DNA of 64,000 nt from Candidatus Gottesmanbacteria bacterium (GCA_030679255.1 JAUXTO010000019.1:1699-65698); one strand, 5' to 3'; shown: positions 1-9,003, counted from the first letter of the stretch. The notes: generated by a model from the letters alone, not told the origin. Numbers and translations: made by a program.

Positions 1-673
1 GAGCGGTCCCCTCCTCGTTGGGACTGATGGTATCAGTACTACTTCTGATACTCTTTATATAGAAAAGAATAAAACAGCAAACCTTGATATCATGAATGGC
101 ACCATCGTCGTCAATACCGCGGGTGACGTCATCGTGACCGGCAACCTGGCCATTTCAGGAAATGTAGCAATTGGTGGCGTCCTGGGAGTCAACCGACTCT
201 CCCCGACCAACGGCGAACTAACCATAGACCTTACCCGTTATGGGGGGACCGGGACAGAATCCGCAGACCTCGTCGACCGCTTTGGCCGGTTCCTCATCGA
301 ACGCGAAGGAAAAACTGTTGCAAGTATCACAGCGTCAGGATCTGGGATATTCGCCGGAGATATCATCGCTTCCGGATCAGGAACATTTAGAAAATTGCTC
401 ATCAGCGGTGTTGATTCCGGGAATTCAACGGATTCCCGGAATCTGCTGGCCACGCCATCTGCTGGCACTGCTACCCTTCCTGCCGGGTCCACTCAAATCA
501 CCATTCCCAACGCGCTCGTCACCGGGGAGTCTCTCATCTACATCACTCCCGTCTCCTCGACAGGGAACCAGGTCCTCTATATATATAGGAAGCGTGGTGG
601 ACTGGACTTCACCGTGGGGGTCGACCAAGCACTGAACCAGGATATCCAGTTTAACTGGTGGATAATAAATTAA
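1..673 (+). CDS. C-terminal fragment of a fibre/surface-repeat-like protein. The frame is open from the window edge; the listed ORF's ATG at 92 is internal.
   Basis: No stop codon in this frame from nt 2 to 673. Gly/Ser/Thr-rich repeats (GNLAISGNVAIGG). Confidence 0.45.
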   Translation, partial: SGPLLVGTDGISTTSDTLYIEKNKTANLDIMNGTIVVNTAGDVIVTGNLAISGNVAIGGVLGVNRLSPTNGELTIDLTRYGGTGTESADLVDRFGRFLIEREGKTVASITASGSGIFAGDIIASGSGTFRKLLISGVDSGNSTDSRNLLATPSAGTATLPAGSTQITIPNALVTGESLIYITPVSSTGNQVLYIYRKRGGLDFTVGVDQALNQDIQFNWWIIN

Positions 674-852
674 CTGCGTAGCCCCGCACCAGCGCCCTTC
701 GCGAGCCTCCCGCTTAGCGGGACGGCGCGAAGCAAGCTTGGTGCTGGGGGTGGATTATCAATTAGATGCGAAGCCCCGTACAGACGCCCCTCGGCTGCAC
801 GGACGCCAGACTGTGAGACGAGGTAAGTGTTGTACTGGGGTTGGATTATCAA

Positions 853-1374
853 TTAATCAGCACATACCGCGTAGTCGGTACTGCTGACTTTGCCGCTGCA
901 CGGGGTCGCACATTTCGTCTGGCTCTTGGCAATCTCGGCGTCTGAGGCATTATCCAGAGGCACCTTGAGACAAAAGTCATCAGTATTACTTGCTACAGGA
1001 TAATAAAACATACTACTCCCTAAATCACTTGGAAACTTCTTCATATAGATTACAGCGCATCCATCAGTCCCTCCTGCAGTAAAATCAGCGGCACTTGTGC
1101 ACGCTGGTGTCATTGGACACTCGCTAGTACCGAGACTTCCACAACCCTTGATATAATTCTGTTTCCCGATACCGCCGTTAAAATTAGTAGGGTAACTATT
1201 GTAATCATTATAGTACAACCGGAGTGCTTGCTTAAGCTGCTGTATTTCTGATTTCTTTTTGGTATCTTTTGCCCGTTCACGCGCACTGAGAAGATTGGGA
1301 ACCGCCGCGCCAATAATGACGGCGATAATGGCTATGACGACAAGAAGCTCGATGAGGGTGAATCCTTTTTTCAT
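853..1374 (-). CDS. Type IV pilin-like / pseudopilin protein with a prepilin N-terminal methylation motif
   Basis: Internal start MKKG|FTLIELLVVIAIIAVIIG, the classic prepilin-peptidase site and hydrophobic helix, reached by trimming the listed ORF to the ATG at 1374. The C-terminus is Cys-rich. Confidence 0.7.
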   Translation of the reverse strand: MKKGFTLIELLVVIAIIAVIIGAAVPNLLSARERAKDTKKKSEIQQLKQALRLYYNDYNSYPTNFNGGIGKQNYIKGCGSLGTSECPMTPACTSAADFTAGGTDGCAVIYMKKFPSDLGSSMFYYPVASNTDDFCLKVPLDNASDAEIAKSQTKCATPCSGKVSSTDYAVCAD

Positions 1375-1375
1375 A

Positions 1376-1984
1376 TTACTGAAGTGGTGTCCTCCCATCC
1401 TCCGGCGTTTTATTGGCTGAGGACACACCATAATTACAGGTGAGACTTGTGGATCCACTGCTGCAATTGGTTCCTGTATAACTCTGAGCAGTGGTCCCAC
1501 TGTGTGGTATGTCATTGTCTTGGGTATTTTCAAGTCGTGCATAGAGTTGATATGAAGGTGGACTCGTGCCAGTCTTATCGTAATAATACACGCGTCCGGT
1601 TGCGGGATCGCTTGGCAACTTTGGCATGTACATGGTTTTCACATTTGTCCCACCAGTTTTCAACGTTTGAAATGGACTCCCCCATTCACAAACCGATGTC
1701 CCCGCTGTTCCGCAACCATAAATTTGAAAGTTTGTGTCACTGGGATACGTCCCATAATCATTAAAATAGAATTCCAAAGCAGTGGCGATTTGTTTGAGAT
1801 CGCTTTTCCGTTTACTATCACGCGACTTGGCCTGCACACTCTTGTAACTCGTGAGCCCGACCGTCACGAGGATGCCGAGGATGGCCATAACGACCAATAA
1901 TTCCATCAACGTAAAGCCAGAGGACGGAAAACGGAAAACTGAAAACGGAAAAATCTTTTTATGTTTCACTGTATGGTTTTTCAT
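1376..1984 (-). CDS. Type IV pilin-like protein
   Basis: G|FTLMELLVVMAILGIL motif after a 22-aa leader. Tandem with the neighbouring pilin genes. Confidence 0.6.
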   Translation of the reverse strand: MKNHTVKHKKIFPFSVFRFPSSGFTLMELLVVMAILGILVTVGLTSYKSVQAKSRDSKRKSDLKQIATALEFYFNDYGTYPSDTNFQIYGCGTAGTSVCEWGSPFQTLKTGGTNVKTMYMPKLPSDPATGRVYYYDKTGTSPPSYQLYARLENTQDNDIPHSGTTAQSYTGTNCSSGSTSLTCNYGVSSANKTPEDGRTPLQ

Positions 1985-2023
1985 AGCCTTCTTCAGTTTA
2001 CATTTTACCGTTTACCATGTCTA

Positions 2024-2665
2024 TTATAAGCAACGATTATCCCAACGGGTCGGACTACATTGATTATAACAATTGCTATCCGCATATGACACGGGACAAG
2101 TACTCAAGTTCGTAGTTGAATTACATATTCCGTTCGCATCACAGGCATTAAATCCAGTCTGGAAGGGAGGCGTCGGTGTGGGCGTGTAATTGGGATTAAA
2201 TCCCGGTAGAGCCACCGTCGCACCGGAAGATATGCCATAATTAAATCCGACCCCAAATCCACACCCCGTCACGCCATTACACCCTTGTTTTCCGATGTCC
2301 GCGTCGCTTGTATCCCGCAGACTCGTAAACACCCGGTACCCACTGCACAAATTTGCATCATTGACTGGGACATATTTATACGGGAGTTTGGATACCGGGT
2401 CACAAGGAATCGCGGCAAGATACGGCTGAAGCGCGGTACCGTTGCACGTGCTTAAAACAGTCGCCGACGGATAGCACCCTTTATCGTTAAAATATTCTTC
2501 AAAGGCACGTTTAATGTCCGTGAGATGTTTTTTCCGCAGCACATCCTGGCCCCGGTTGATCTGCACGCGCCAATTGATGAAAATGACGCCCAAGATGAGG
2601 GCAATGATCGAGACAGCGATCATAAGCTCGACGAGGGTAAATCCGTGAGAGTACTTGTACTTCAT
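2024..2665 (-). CDS. Type IV pilin-like protein
   Basis: MKYKYSHG|FTLVELMIAVSIIALILG from the ATG at 2665. The C-terminus is Cys-rich. Confidence 0.65.
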   Translation of the reverse strand: MKYKYSHGFTLVELMIAVSIIALILGVIFINWRVQINRGQDVLRKKHLTDIKRAFEEYFNDKGCYPSATVLSTCNGTALQPYLAAIPCDPVSKLPYKYVPVNDANLCSGYRVFTSLRDTSDADIGKQGCNGVTGCGFGVGFNYGISSGATVALPGFNPNYTPTPTPPFQTGFNACDANGICNSTTNLSTCPVSYADSNCYNQCSPTRWDNRCL

Positions 2666-3124
2666 ATATTTATTGTGTACTATGTTTTTAATGGAGTCAA
2701 TGCGATGAAAGCACATCAACAGTATCGGCTACAATTCTCAGAAAAACTCATGGATCTAGGCAATCTCACTGCAGGGGCCCTTATTTTCGGACAATTTCTA
2801 TCAGGCAAGGAGTTTTCCTTATCGCTGTTTCTCGTCGGTATAGGGCTCATGGTATCGTGTTATACGATAAGCTTTCTCATTATCAACAGAAAGGAGGCAT
2901 CATGGAACCGGTAATATGGTTTTTACTCAGTATAATGGTCTTGGTTATTACAGGAGGTTTATTGGTCAATAAATATACAAAATAATCATGCCGATAAATT
3001 TAGATCAGGTACTCAACACAGGGTCACTGCTTCTTACATTATATGTCATCGCCGCAGTGCTTCTTTATGTCGTGTTTATCAAAAAATCATCAAAACCCAA
3101 ACGGGCATAACTCCCGACGGGTCT

Positions 3125-3388
3125 ATGAAAAAACCACTGAACATACCGACGTTTAAAAACGAGGACGAAGAACGCAAGTTTTGGCGGGCTCTTGATCTGT
3201 CCGAGTACTACGAACCCAAAGACCTCGTGCCCGTAAGTTTTCCAAACCTGAAGCCCACCACGCGGGCAATCTCCATCCGCATCCCGGAGTACCTCATAGA
3301 CCGGGTCAAGGAAAAAGCCAACGCGATCAACATACCGTACCAGTCCCTCATCAAACAGTACATCGCCTGGGGTACGGCTACCCCTTGA
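3125..3388 (+). CDS. CopG/BrnA-family type II antitoxin-like protein, with no toxin partner adjacent
   Basis: KNEDEERKFW...VSFPNLKPTTRAISIRIPEYLIDRVKEKANAINIPYQSLIKQYI matches the short RHH-type antitoxin family, recalled from memory. Confidence 0.55.
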   Translation: MKKPLNIPTFKNEDEERKFWRALDLSEYYEPKDLVPVSFPNLKPTTRAISIRIPEYLIDRVKEKANAINIPYQSLIKQYIAWGTATP

Positions 3389-3473
3389 CATCTCACCCGA
3401 AAAAAATAATTTTCCTTGTGGTATAGTACATTCATAACGCGTTTCCGGATAGAAATTTTCGACAGGAGGTACA

Positions 3474-3705
3474 ATGAAATTTCATTATTATCAAGACACC
3501 GATACGCTCTACCGATACGCTCTACATTGAACTCATGGATACGCCCAGCGCCGATACCCGTGAGGTGGTGCCGGGTGTCCTCATGGATTTGGATAGTAAA
3601 GGAAAACTCGTGGGTATCGACATAGACCACGCAAGTAATTTCGTCAATCTCACGAAGCTTGAAGCACAAGGCCTGCCAAACGCCCGCTTCTCCGTCCACG
3701 CGTAG
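3474..3705 (+). pseudogene. DUF2283-family small protein disrupted by a 13-bp tandem duplication
   Basis: Strong SD AGGAGG then ATG 3474. The duplication cgatacgctctac x2 at 3510-3535 creates a premature TGA. Removing one copy restores MKFHYYQDTDTLYIELMDTPSADTREVVPGVLMDLDSKGKLVGIDIDHASNF... Confidence 0.6.
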
Positions 3706-3765
3706 CGCACAAGCATAACTCCCATCTTGACATCCCGCCCGAAACTCCATACAACTATATAGAGC

Positions 3766-6540
3766 ATGTCCCTTGCCCGCACGTTTATTCGTCGTAAATT
3801 TCTCACATTGGTCGGATTGTCCCGAAGCTGTTCCCGATTCTTATCGGGATTACAGCATCGTGGATCCCGCTTCGCGGGAGTCGTATTTATATTGGTGTTA
3901 TTGGTCGGATTGGTCGGATTCTCCGCACCCCCTGCGGCGCACGCAGAGGTCGGTACTCTTGATCTGAAAGCATCAACAGCCTCCTACTCCGGCACCATGA
4001 CGCAAGCAGGCAACCAGCCACTCCGCACTGCATTTGGACCGCTTCGTTTTGATTATAAAAGCGGACCCAACACATGGACCACGGGATTTCTCATCCGCGA
4101 AGGAGATGGGAATGTATCCATAGGATCCAATATCACGAGTGCTGACTTTAATAGTACCAGCAAACTCCGGGTCCTGGGAATCGTTGAATCCACGACCGGC
4201 GGCTTCAAATTCCCCGACGGCACGACCCAGACGTCTGCTGTAACAGCAGCTGTGGGAGGCGGATGGACGGATGGAGGGACTGATGTGTATTTGACAACCA
4301 CGACAGATAACGTCGGCATCGGGACGACGACGCCGGGGACAAAACTTCATATACAGGGCGCGGATGGTGCTACTCCTCCTGTGCTTAAAATTTCAGGACT
4401 TTCAACAAGTGGTTCTGCTCTTGGGGGTTTGGTATTTTCGGATGCAGCAGGTAATGAGTATTCTGCAATAAGACAGTTTCATACAAGTCCTACAGTAGGT
4501 CTTTCTTTTGATGTGTGGACTGGTTCGGTATTAACCCCTAAAATGGTTATTAAAGGAGACGGCAACGTCGGCATCGGGACGTCGAGCCCGGGACTTTACA
4601 CTGGTGGAATGGGAACAAACTCGCTATATGTATCACTTAATGATGCTGAGGGTTCAGTACTGGAATTAGCTAGGGGCATAAATGGTGATGGAGGGGTGCC
4701 AGGCGTATTAGCATTTGTCAATCCAAATAACTCCAGTGTTACAACAAATAATGCAAATGCTCGTGTAGTCAGCGCGATTTATTCTGTGCTAGAAACAACA
4801 AATGTCAATGCAGGATTAGATAGTGGAGGACATCTCTACTTCGATACAAAACCAGAAGCAGGAGCAACGGCAACTCGCATGGTGATTACAAGTGCCGGCA
4901 ACGTCGGGATCGGATCTACCGCTCCGGGAGCGAAGCTCGAAGTTGCAGGCAACATTGACTCCTCTACCGGCGCCCTCCAGACGGCAGGGGTGACGCGGAT
5001 CGACAACTCCGGCGTCGGCACCCTCGCCGCAGGAACGACAATCGGAGGAAGCGCCGTTGGATGCTCAGGTGCTCCAAATAGCAGTGCCTGTCTCAAAGCC
5101 ACCGGCACCGGCACGGGGAGTACGGGGACGGGGAGTATTTACTTTTTGGATAGCAGTGGGGGCACAAGGGGAAGGTTTTCGACACTTCCGAGCGATGCTG
5201 CACTCGATACAAATTTTGGCACAGGAGCAGATGGTGCAGTCACCATTTCCACGGCAAAAAACATCAACACACAAACGATAAATACTGATAGAAGTTACGC
5301 TGATGGCATTGCCTATCGCGTCAACGCTCCAGCAGACAGCGCCACCAGTGTCACTCGCTACTCAGGTTCGGACACTCTCACAAATGGCCTGGTCGCAAAC
5401 GACGAGGTCCTGCTCATCAATATTCAGGGAGCTTCCGGCGACTCGGCAGATGGAGGAAATTACGAATTCATGAGAATAAAAAATATTTCAATAAGCACGG
5501 TAACTTTTACGACCGCTATAACAAAATCCTTCAACGGCACTACTGCTTCCAACCAAAAAGTCGTCATCCAACGTATCCCCCAATACACCAACGTCACCCT
5601 CTCCGGCTCCGGTTCTCTCACGGCTTCGGCATGGCAGGGGTTGACAACTACTCCCACCGGTGCCGCCGGATACCTCACCGGAATCGTCGCCTTTCGAGCA
5701 ACAGGGACGGTAAGTGTCGGAGCCGGAACGAGTATTACCACGACTAATTTAGGTTTCCGGGCAGGTCCCGGCAATCCTGCTCTCCAAGGTGAATCGTATG
5801 GAAATTATGGAACTGCAAGTAGTAATGCTAATCTTGGGGGCGGAGGAGGCGGTGGTAATTATGGAGGTGGAGGTGGAGGTGGTTACGCAGCTACAGGATC
5901 AAGTGGAACAAACGGCGGTACTCCAGGTACGGGGGGAACAAGTCATGGTTTAGCAGCATTAACAACATTATTTCCAGGATCCGGAGGTGGAGCTGGAGGG
6001 AATGATCCTGTGGCATCGCATGCGGGTGCTGGGGGTGGCGCAGGTGGAGGAATAATATTTATTGCCGGATCTACGGTAACAAACTCCGGAACAATCACCT
6101 CAAATGGTCAAGGGGGAACTACCCAAAATGGAGATGCCAGAGCGGGAAGTGGAGGAGGAGGCACGGGAGGCTCAATTTTCATAACAGGCAATACCATCAC
6201 TTTGGGAACAAGCATCGTGACCGCTTCGGCAGGATCGGGAACCGGCAGTGGACCTGGCACTGGTGGATACGGTGGAGCAGGGTCAGTGGGTCGTGTTCGA
6301 GTAGAGTATACTGGTTCTCTTTCCGGAACGACTTCACCGGCAGCCTCGACTGCCACCTCAATCTCCGCTAACGCACAAGCTCCTTCAAACACCGGAATCT
6401 ATGGCACTCTCTATCTTGGTGCCACCAATACCTCCTCGGCTGACTTGGCAGAATATTATGTGAGTGGTGACAGCTCCATCGCTGCGGGGGATGTGGTAGT
6501 CATAAATCAAAAGTCAAAAGTCAAAACGGGGAAGACGTAG
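3766..6540 (+). CDS. Large secreted Gly/Thr/Ser-rich repeat protein, tail-fibre-like
   Basis: N-terminal hydrophobic signal region. Repeated GNVGIGT(T/S)xPGxKL(H/E)(I/V) motifs at least four times, and long Gly-rich tracts. The stop TAG at 6538 lies inside an (AAAGTCA)2 repeat. Confidence 0.6.
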   Translation: MSLARTFIRRKFLTLVGLSRSCSRFLSGLQHRGSRFAGVVFILVLLVGLVGFSAPPAAHAEVGTLDLKASTASYSGTMTQAGNQPLRTAFGPLRFDYKSGPNTWTTGFLIREGDGNVSIGSNITSADFNSTSKLRVLGIVESTTGGFKFPDGTTQTSAVTAAVGGGWTDGGTDVYLTTTTDNVGIGTTTPGTKLHIQGADGATPPVLKISGLSTSGSALGGLVFSDAAGNEYSAIRQFHTSPTVGLSFDVWTGSVLTPKMVIKGDGNVGIGTSSPGLYTGGMGTNSLYVSLNDAEGSVLELARGINGDGGVPGVLAFVNPNNSSVTTNNANARVVSAIYSVLETTNVNAGLDSGGHLYFDTKPEAGATATRMVITSAGNVGIGSTAPGAKLEVAGNIDSSTGALQTAGVTRIDNSGVGTLAAGTTIGGSAVGCSGAPNSSACLKATGTGTGSTGTGSIYFLDSSGGTRGRFSTLPSDAALDTNFGTGADGAVTISTAKNINTQTINTDRSYADGIAYRVNAPADSATSVTRYSGSDTLTNGLVANDEVLLINIQGASGDSADGGNYEFMRIKNISISTVTFTTAITKSFNGTTASNQKVVIQRIPQYTNVTLSGSGSLTASAWQGLTTTPTGAAGYLTGIVAFRATGTVSVGAGTSITTTNLGFRAGPGNPALQGESYGNYGTASSNANLGGGGGGGNYGGGGGGGYAATGSSGTNGGTPGTGGTSHGLAALTTLFPGSGGGAGGNDPVASHAGAGGGAGGGIIFIAGSTVTNSGTITSNGQGGTTQNGDARAGSGGGGTGGSIFITGNTITLGTSIVTASAGSGTGSGPGTGGYGGAGSVGRVRVEYTGSLSGTTSPAASTATSISANAQAPSNTGIYGTLYLGATNTSSADLAEYYVSGDSSIAAGDVVVINQKSKVKTGKT

Positions 6541-6557
6541 ACAATAAAGGAGTTTTG

Positions 6558-7061
6558 ATGAAGGCGGAGAAGGCGTATGATCAAAAACTCATCGGTATCA
6601 TCTCGACCAATCCCGGAGTCTTGATGGGAAGTATTGAAGGAGAGAACAAGGAAGATAAACGGATGCTCGCCCTTGCGGGGAGAGTGCCGGTGAAGATTGA
6701 CCCGGAATCCCCTACTATAGAAGTTGGCGACTTTTTAACCTCAAGTGATAAACCCGGACTGGCGATGAAAGCCACCAAGGCAGGATATGTCGTCGGAAGG
6801 GCGCTGGAAAAATGGACCCCCCTTCGCCAAGGCTTCGGAGGGGCAAGCAAAATTGAGGCTTTTGTGTCACTGAGTTATTACATGGGCGAGCTCAATGAAA
6901 AAGGCGATCTGCGTACCTTTACTGCAGACACAATTAAGGCAAACACCGTATCAACAAAGATGCTCAATGTTGGTGGGGTGGATGTCATAGACAGGATGAA
7001 CAAACAGCAAACCGAAATAGACGACCTCAAGAGACGGTTGGAAACGGTAGAAAAACGGTAA
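6558..7061 (+). CDS. C-terminal module of the fibre protein (KAYD..IGIISTNPG..LAGRVPVKID..GDFLTSS.. then a coiled coil), now in a different frame from 3766..6540
   Basis: This frame is open from 6471. The conserved DLAE-Y..GDVV.. motif is split across the two ORFs. An AAGGAG sits 8 nt upstream of the ATG. Confidence 0.5.
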   Translation: MKAEKAYDQKLIGIISTNPGVLMGSIEGENKEDKRMLALAGRVPVKIDPESPTIEVGDFLTSSDKPGLAMKATKAGYVVGRALEKWTPLRQGFGGASKIEAFVSLSYYMGELNEKGDLRTFTADTIKANTVSTKMLNVGGVDVIDRMNKQQTEIDDLKRRLETVEKR

Positions 7062-7074
7062 CTCACACCATTGA

Positions 7075-7105
7075 CTCCCACCCTTCGGGTGAACCCCAGA
7101 TTTTA
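7075..7105 (+). terminator. Weak hairpin (CACCC-TTCG-GGTG) then a T-run, after the 6558..7061 gene
   Basis: cccacccttcgggtgaaccccagatttt. Confidence 0.3.
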
Positions 7106-7137
7106 ATATCATTTGTATTCACCGTATTAATCTATCA

Positions 7138-7166
7138 TTGACATCCATAAATATCCGGTGTAATAT
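7138..7166 (+). promoter_or_regulatory. Sigma70-like promoter: TTGACA, 17-nt spacer, TAATAT
   Basis: ttgaca tccataaatatccggtg taatat, 6 nt upstream of ATG 7173. Confidence 0.45.
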
Positions 7167-7172
7167 GGGAGT

Positions 7173-8345
7173 ATGATCACAATCCGTCATCTGGATGCTG
7201 CTATCACCACCCATGTTCGTACCTTCAAAGAAGTACTCATTCTTCTCGGCGCCCGCCAGGTAGGCAAAACAACCATGCTTACCCGACTCTTTCCCCAAGC
7301 GCAGTACGCAACAGTTGACAACGAGCATGTCCGCAGTATTTTGGATCGATATGATATCAGTGCATATCGGGAGCTCGTCCCTCGGGGCACAACCATGCTC
7401 ATACTCGATGAAGTGCATCTGCTCAAAGACCCAGGAAGAGCGGTAAAAATACTGTATGACCAGTTACCTGAGATACGGCTCATCGTGACGGGATCTTCAG
7501 CATTTTGGATAAAAAACCGCACCACAGAGAGTTTAGCCGGTAGGAAGATAGAGTACCATTTATTTCCGTTGACGATGAGCGAGTATCTTGTGCAAACGGG
7601 GAGCGCACAGCAACTTTACTACCCCATCCTTCGTCACACGGGCGATCATGCGAAATTTCCTTCCGAACGGATATACCCGTTTGATCTCTCCGCCATCACC
7701 CAATCTGTGATGCGGTATGGACTGTATCCGGCTACCGTTGGTCACTCCAACAAAGAACTATACCTGACCAATCTCGCGGAAAGCGTCGTGTTTCGGGACC
7801 TTTTGGAATTATCGCTTATCGAAAACAGATCCGCGGCAAGGAACCTCCTCAAGCTCCTTGCGTTTCAAACAGGAAATCTCGTCAACTTCAGTGAACTCGC
7901 GGAAAAACTTTCTATTGACGTCAAAACCGTACGGCGCTACCTGACGCTTTTTGAACAAAGCTCCATCGTGTTTACTCTCCCGCCCTACATGAAAAGCGGC
8001 AGAAAAGAGATCGGAAAAATGGCCAAGGTCTATTTTTTTGATGTGGGACTACGCAATGCGATCATTGGTAATTTCAATCCTATGAACTCGCGACCGGACA
8101 GCGGAGCACTCTTTGAAAATCTTGTCGTATCGGAATGCTACAAAGCCAATGTCTACGGTCATTTTGGCTACCAGCTCCATTTCTGGCGCACAACCGATGG
8201 ATCAGAAGTGGATCTGGTTCTTTCTAAAGGAGATACGCTTATAGGACTTGAGGTAAAATCCTCTTCTCGTCGGACAAATCAGGCATTTCTCAATCGGTAT
8301 CCAACCGCGACCCTTTCGACCATTACACCAAATAATTATCTGTAA
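7173..8345 (+). CDS. AAA+ ATPase of the COG1373 / DUF4143-containing type
   Basis: Walker A LLGARQVGKTT, Walker B MLILDEVH, and the C-terminal DUF4143-like region typical of this family. Confidence 0.65.
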   Translation: MITIRHLDAAITTHVRTFKEVLILLGARQVGKTTMLTRLFPQAQYATVDNEHVRSILDRYDISAYRELVPRGTTMLILDEVHLLKDPGRAVKILYDQLPEIRLIVTGSSAFWIKNRTTESLAGRKIEYHLFPLTMSEYLVQTGSAQQLYYPILRHTGDHAKFPSERIYPFDLSAITQSVMRYGLYPATVGHSNKELYLTNLAESVVFRDLLELSLIENRSAARNLLKLLAFQTGNLVNFSELAEKLSIDVKTVRRYLTLFEQSSIVFTLPPYMKSGRKEIGKMAKVYFFDVGLRNAIIGNFNPMNSRPDSGALFENLVVSECYKANVYGHFGYQLHFWRTTDGSEVDLVLSKGDTLIGLEVKSSSRRTNQAFLNRYPTATLSTITPNNYL

Positions 8346-8401
8346 GCGCCACCCTTTGGGTAATTTACGTTCACACCCCTTCTTTTTAATTTGCCATTCA
8401 A

Positions 8402-8430
8402 TTGACAGAGATTTTATCTCTTGATACACT
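8402..8430 (+). promoter_or_regulatory. TTGACA, 17-nt spacer, TACACT promoter directly before a leaderless GTG start
   Basis: ttgacagagattttatctcttgatacact. Confidence 0.35.
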
Positions 8431-8436
8431 CTTCGT

Positions 8437-8652
8437 GTGATAGGTATTTTCACTCTACCGAGAGCTAAATTTTTAACAGGATTGTTTACCAATCTTGCTG
8501 CGGGTTGGATCGGAGTCATCTTCATCGCACCCAACTTTTCTAATCTAGCCAATATTGAAGATGTTTGGTCTTTGACACTTGATATCTTTTTTGCTATCCT
8601 ATTTTCGTGGCTAGCAATAAAATTTGAAGAATATATAAAAAAGTATGAGTAG
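8437..8652 (+). CDS. Small membrane protein (GTG start), hypothetical
   Basis: 71-aa ORF with two hydrophobic helices. Bounded by ~40-nt direct repeats. Confidence 0.3.
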   Translation: MIGIFTLPRAKFLTGLFTNLAAGWIGVIFIAPNFSNLANIEDVWSLTLDIFFAILFSWLAIKFEEYIKKYE

Positions 8653-8782
8653 AGAATTTTTTTTACAAATTACTGCTAATGCACAAATAGCGAGCGCGCT
8701 TTTCTTGATTGCAGTTGCACTATGGTTCATTGTTTTTAGATTATTAGAACCTAAACAAGGTTCATCTAAATCCACAAGGTGA
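8645..8782 (+). CDS. Small hydrophobic peptide (45 aa), start overlapping the previous stop
   Basis: ATGAGTAG overlap. MSREFFLQITANAQIASALFLIAVALWFIVF... Confidence 0.2.
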   Translation: MSREFFLQITANAQIASALFLIAVALWFIVFRLLEPKQGSSKSTR

Positions 8783-9003
8783 CCCACACCCTGAGTACCA
8801 CCCTTCGGGTGATTTACGTTCACACCTCTTCTTGACACGGCCTTTGGCCCCCATGCTTCGGGTTTGATAAGAAAAACTTCGTACATTAGTTAGATATTCG
8901 TTCTTGAGTACTCCGTAAGAGAATAAATTCCCCATAATTTGACAATTTCGGGGAATTGTAAGCACCACCCTTCGGGTGGACTAACTTCGCAAATAGAACT
9001 CAT

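Noticed and set aside
238-635. Alternative-frame ORFs inside the 1..673 fibre fragment
   Set aside because: Low-complexity, Pro/Ser-rich translations of the opposite or shifted frame of a Gly-rich gene. No start context.
2704-3124. Several 20-70-codon hydrophobic mini-ORFs between the pilin operon and the antitoxin
   Set aside because: Too short and unconserved to call. Could be real membrane peptides but there is no supporting signal.
3208-3806. Long minus-strand ORFs (180 aa and 94 aa) overlapping the DUF2283 pseudogene region
   Set aside because: They overlap a region with a clear SD-driven plus-strand gene remnant. No recognisable motifs. Likely spurious antisense ORFs.
6541-6560. Treating 6558..7061 simply as an independent gene
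   Set aside because: Not fully rejected; an AAGGAG SD is present. But the conserved module is visibly split across the stop codon, and a 7-nt repeat unit restores a single ORF, so I favour a frame-switch or pseudogene interpretation.
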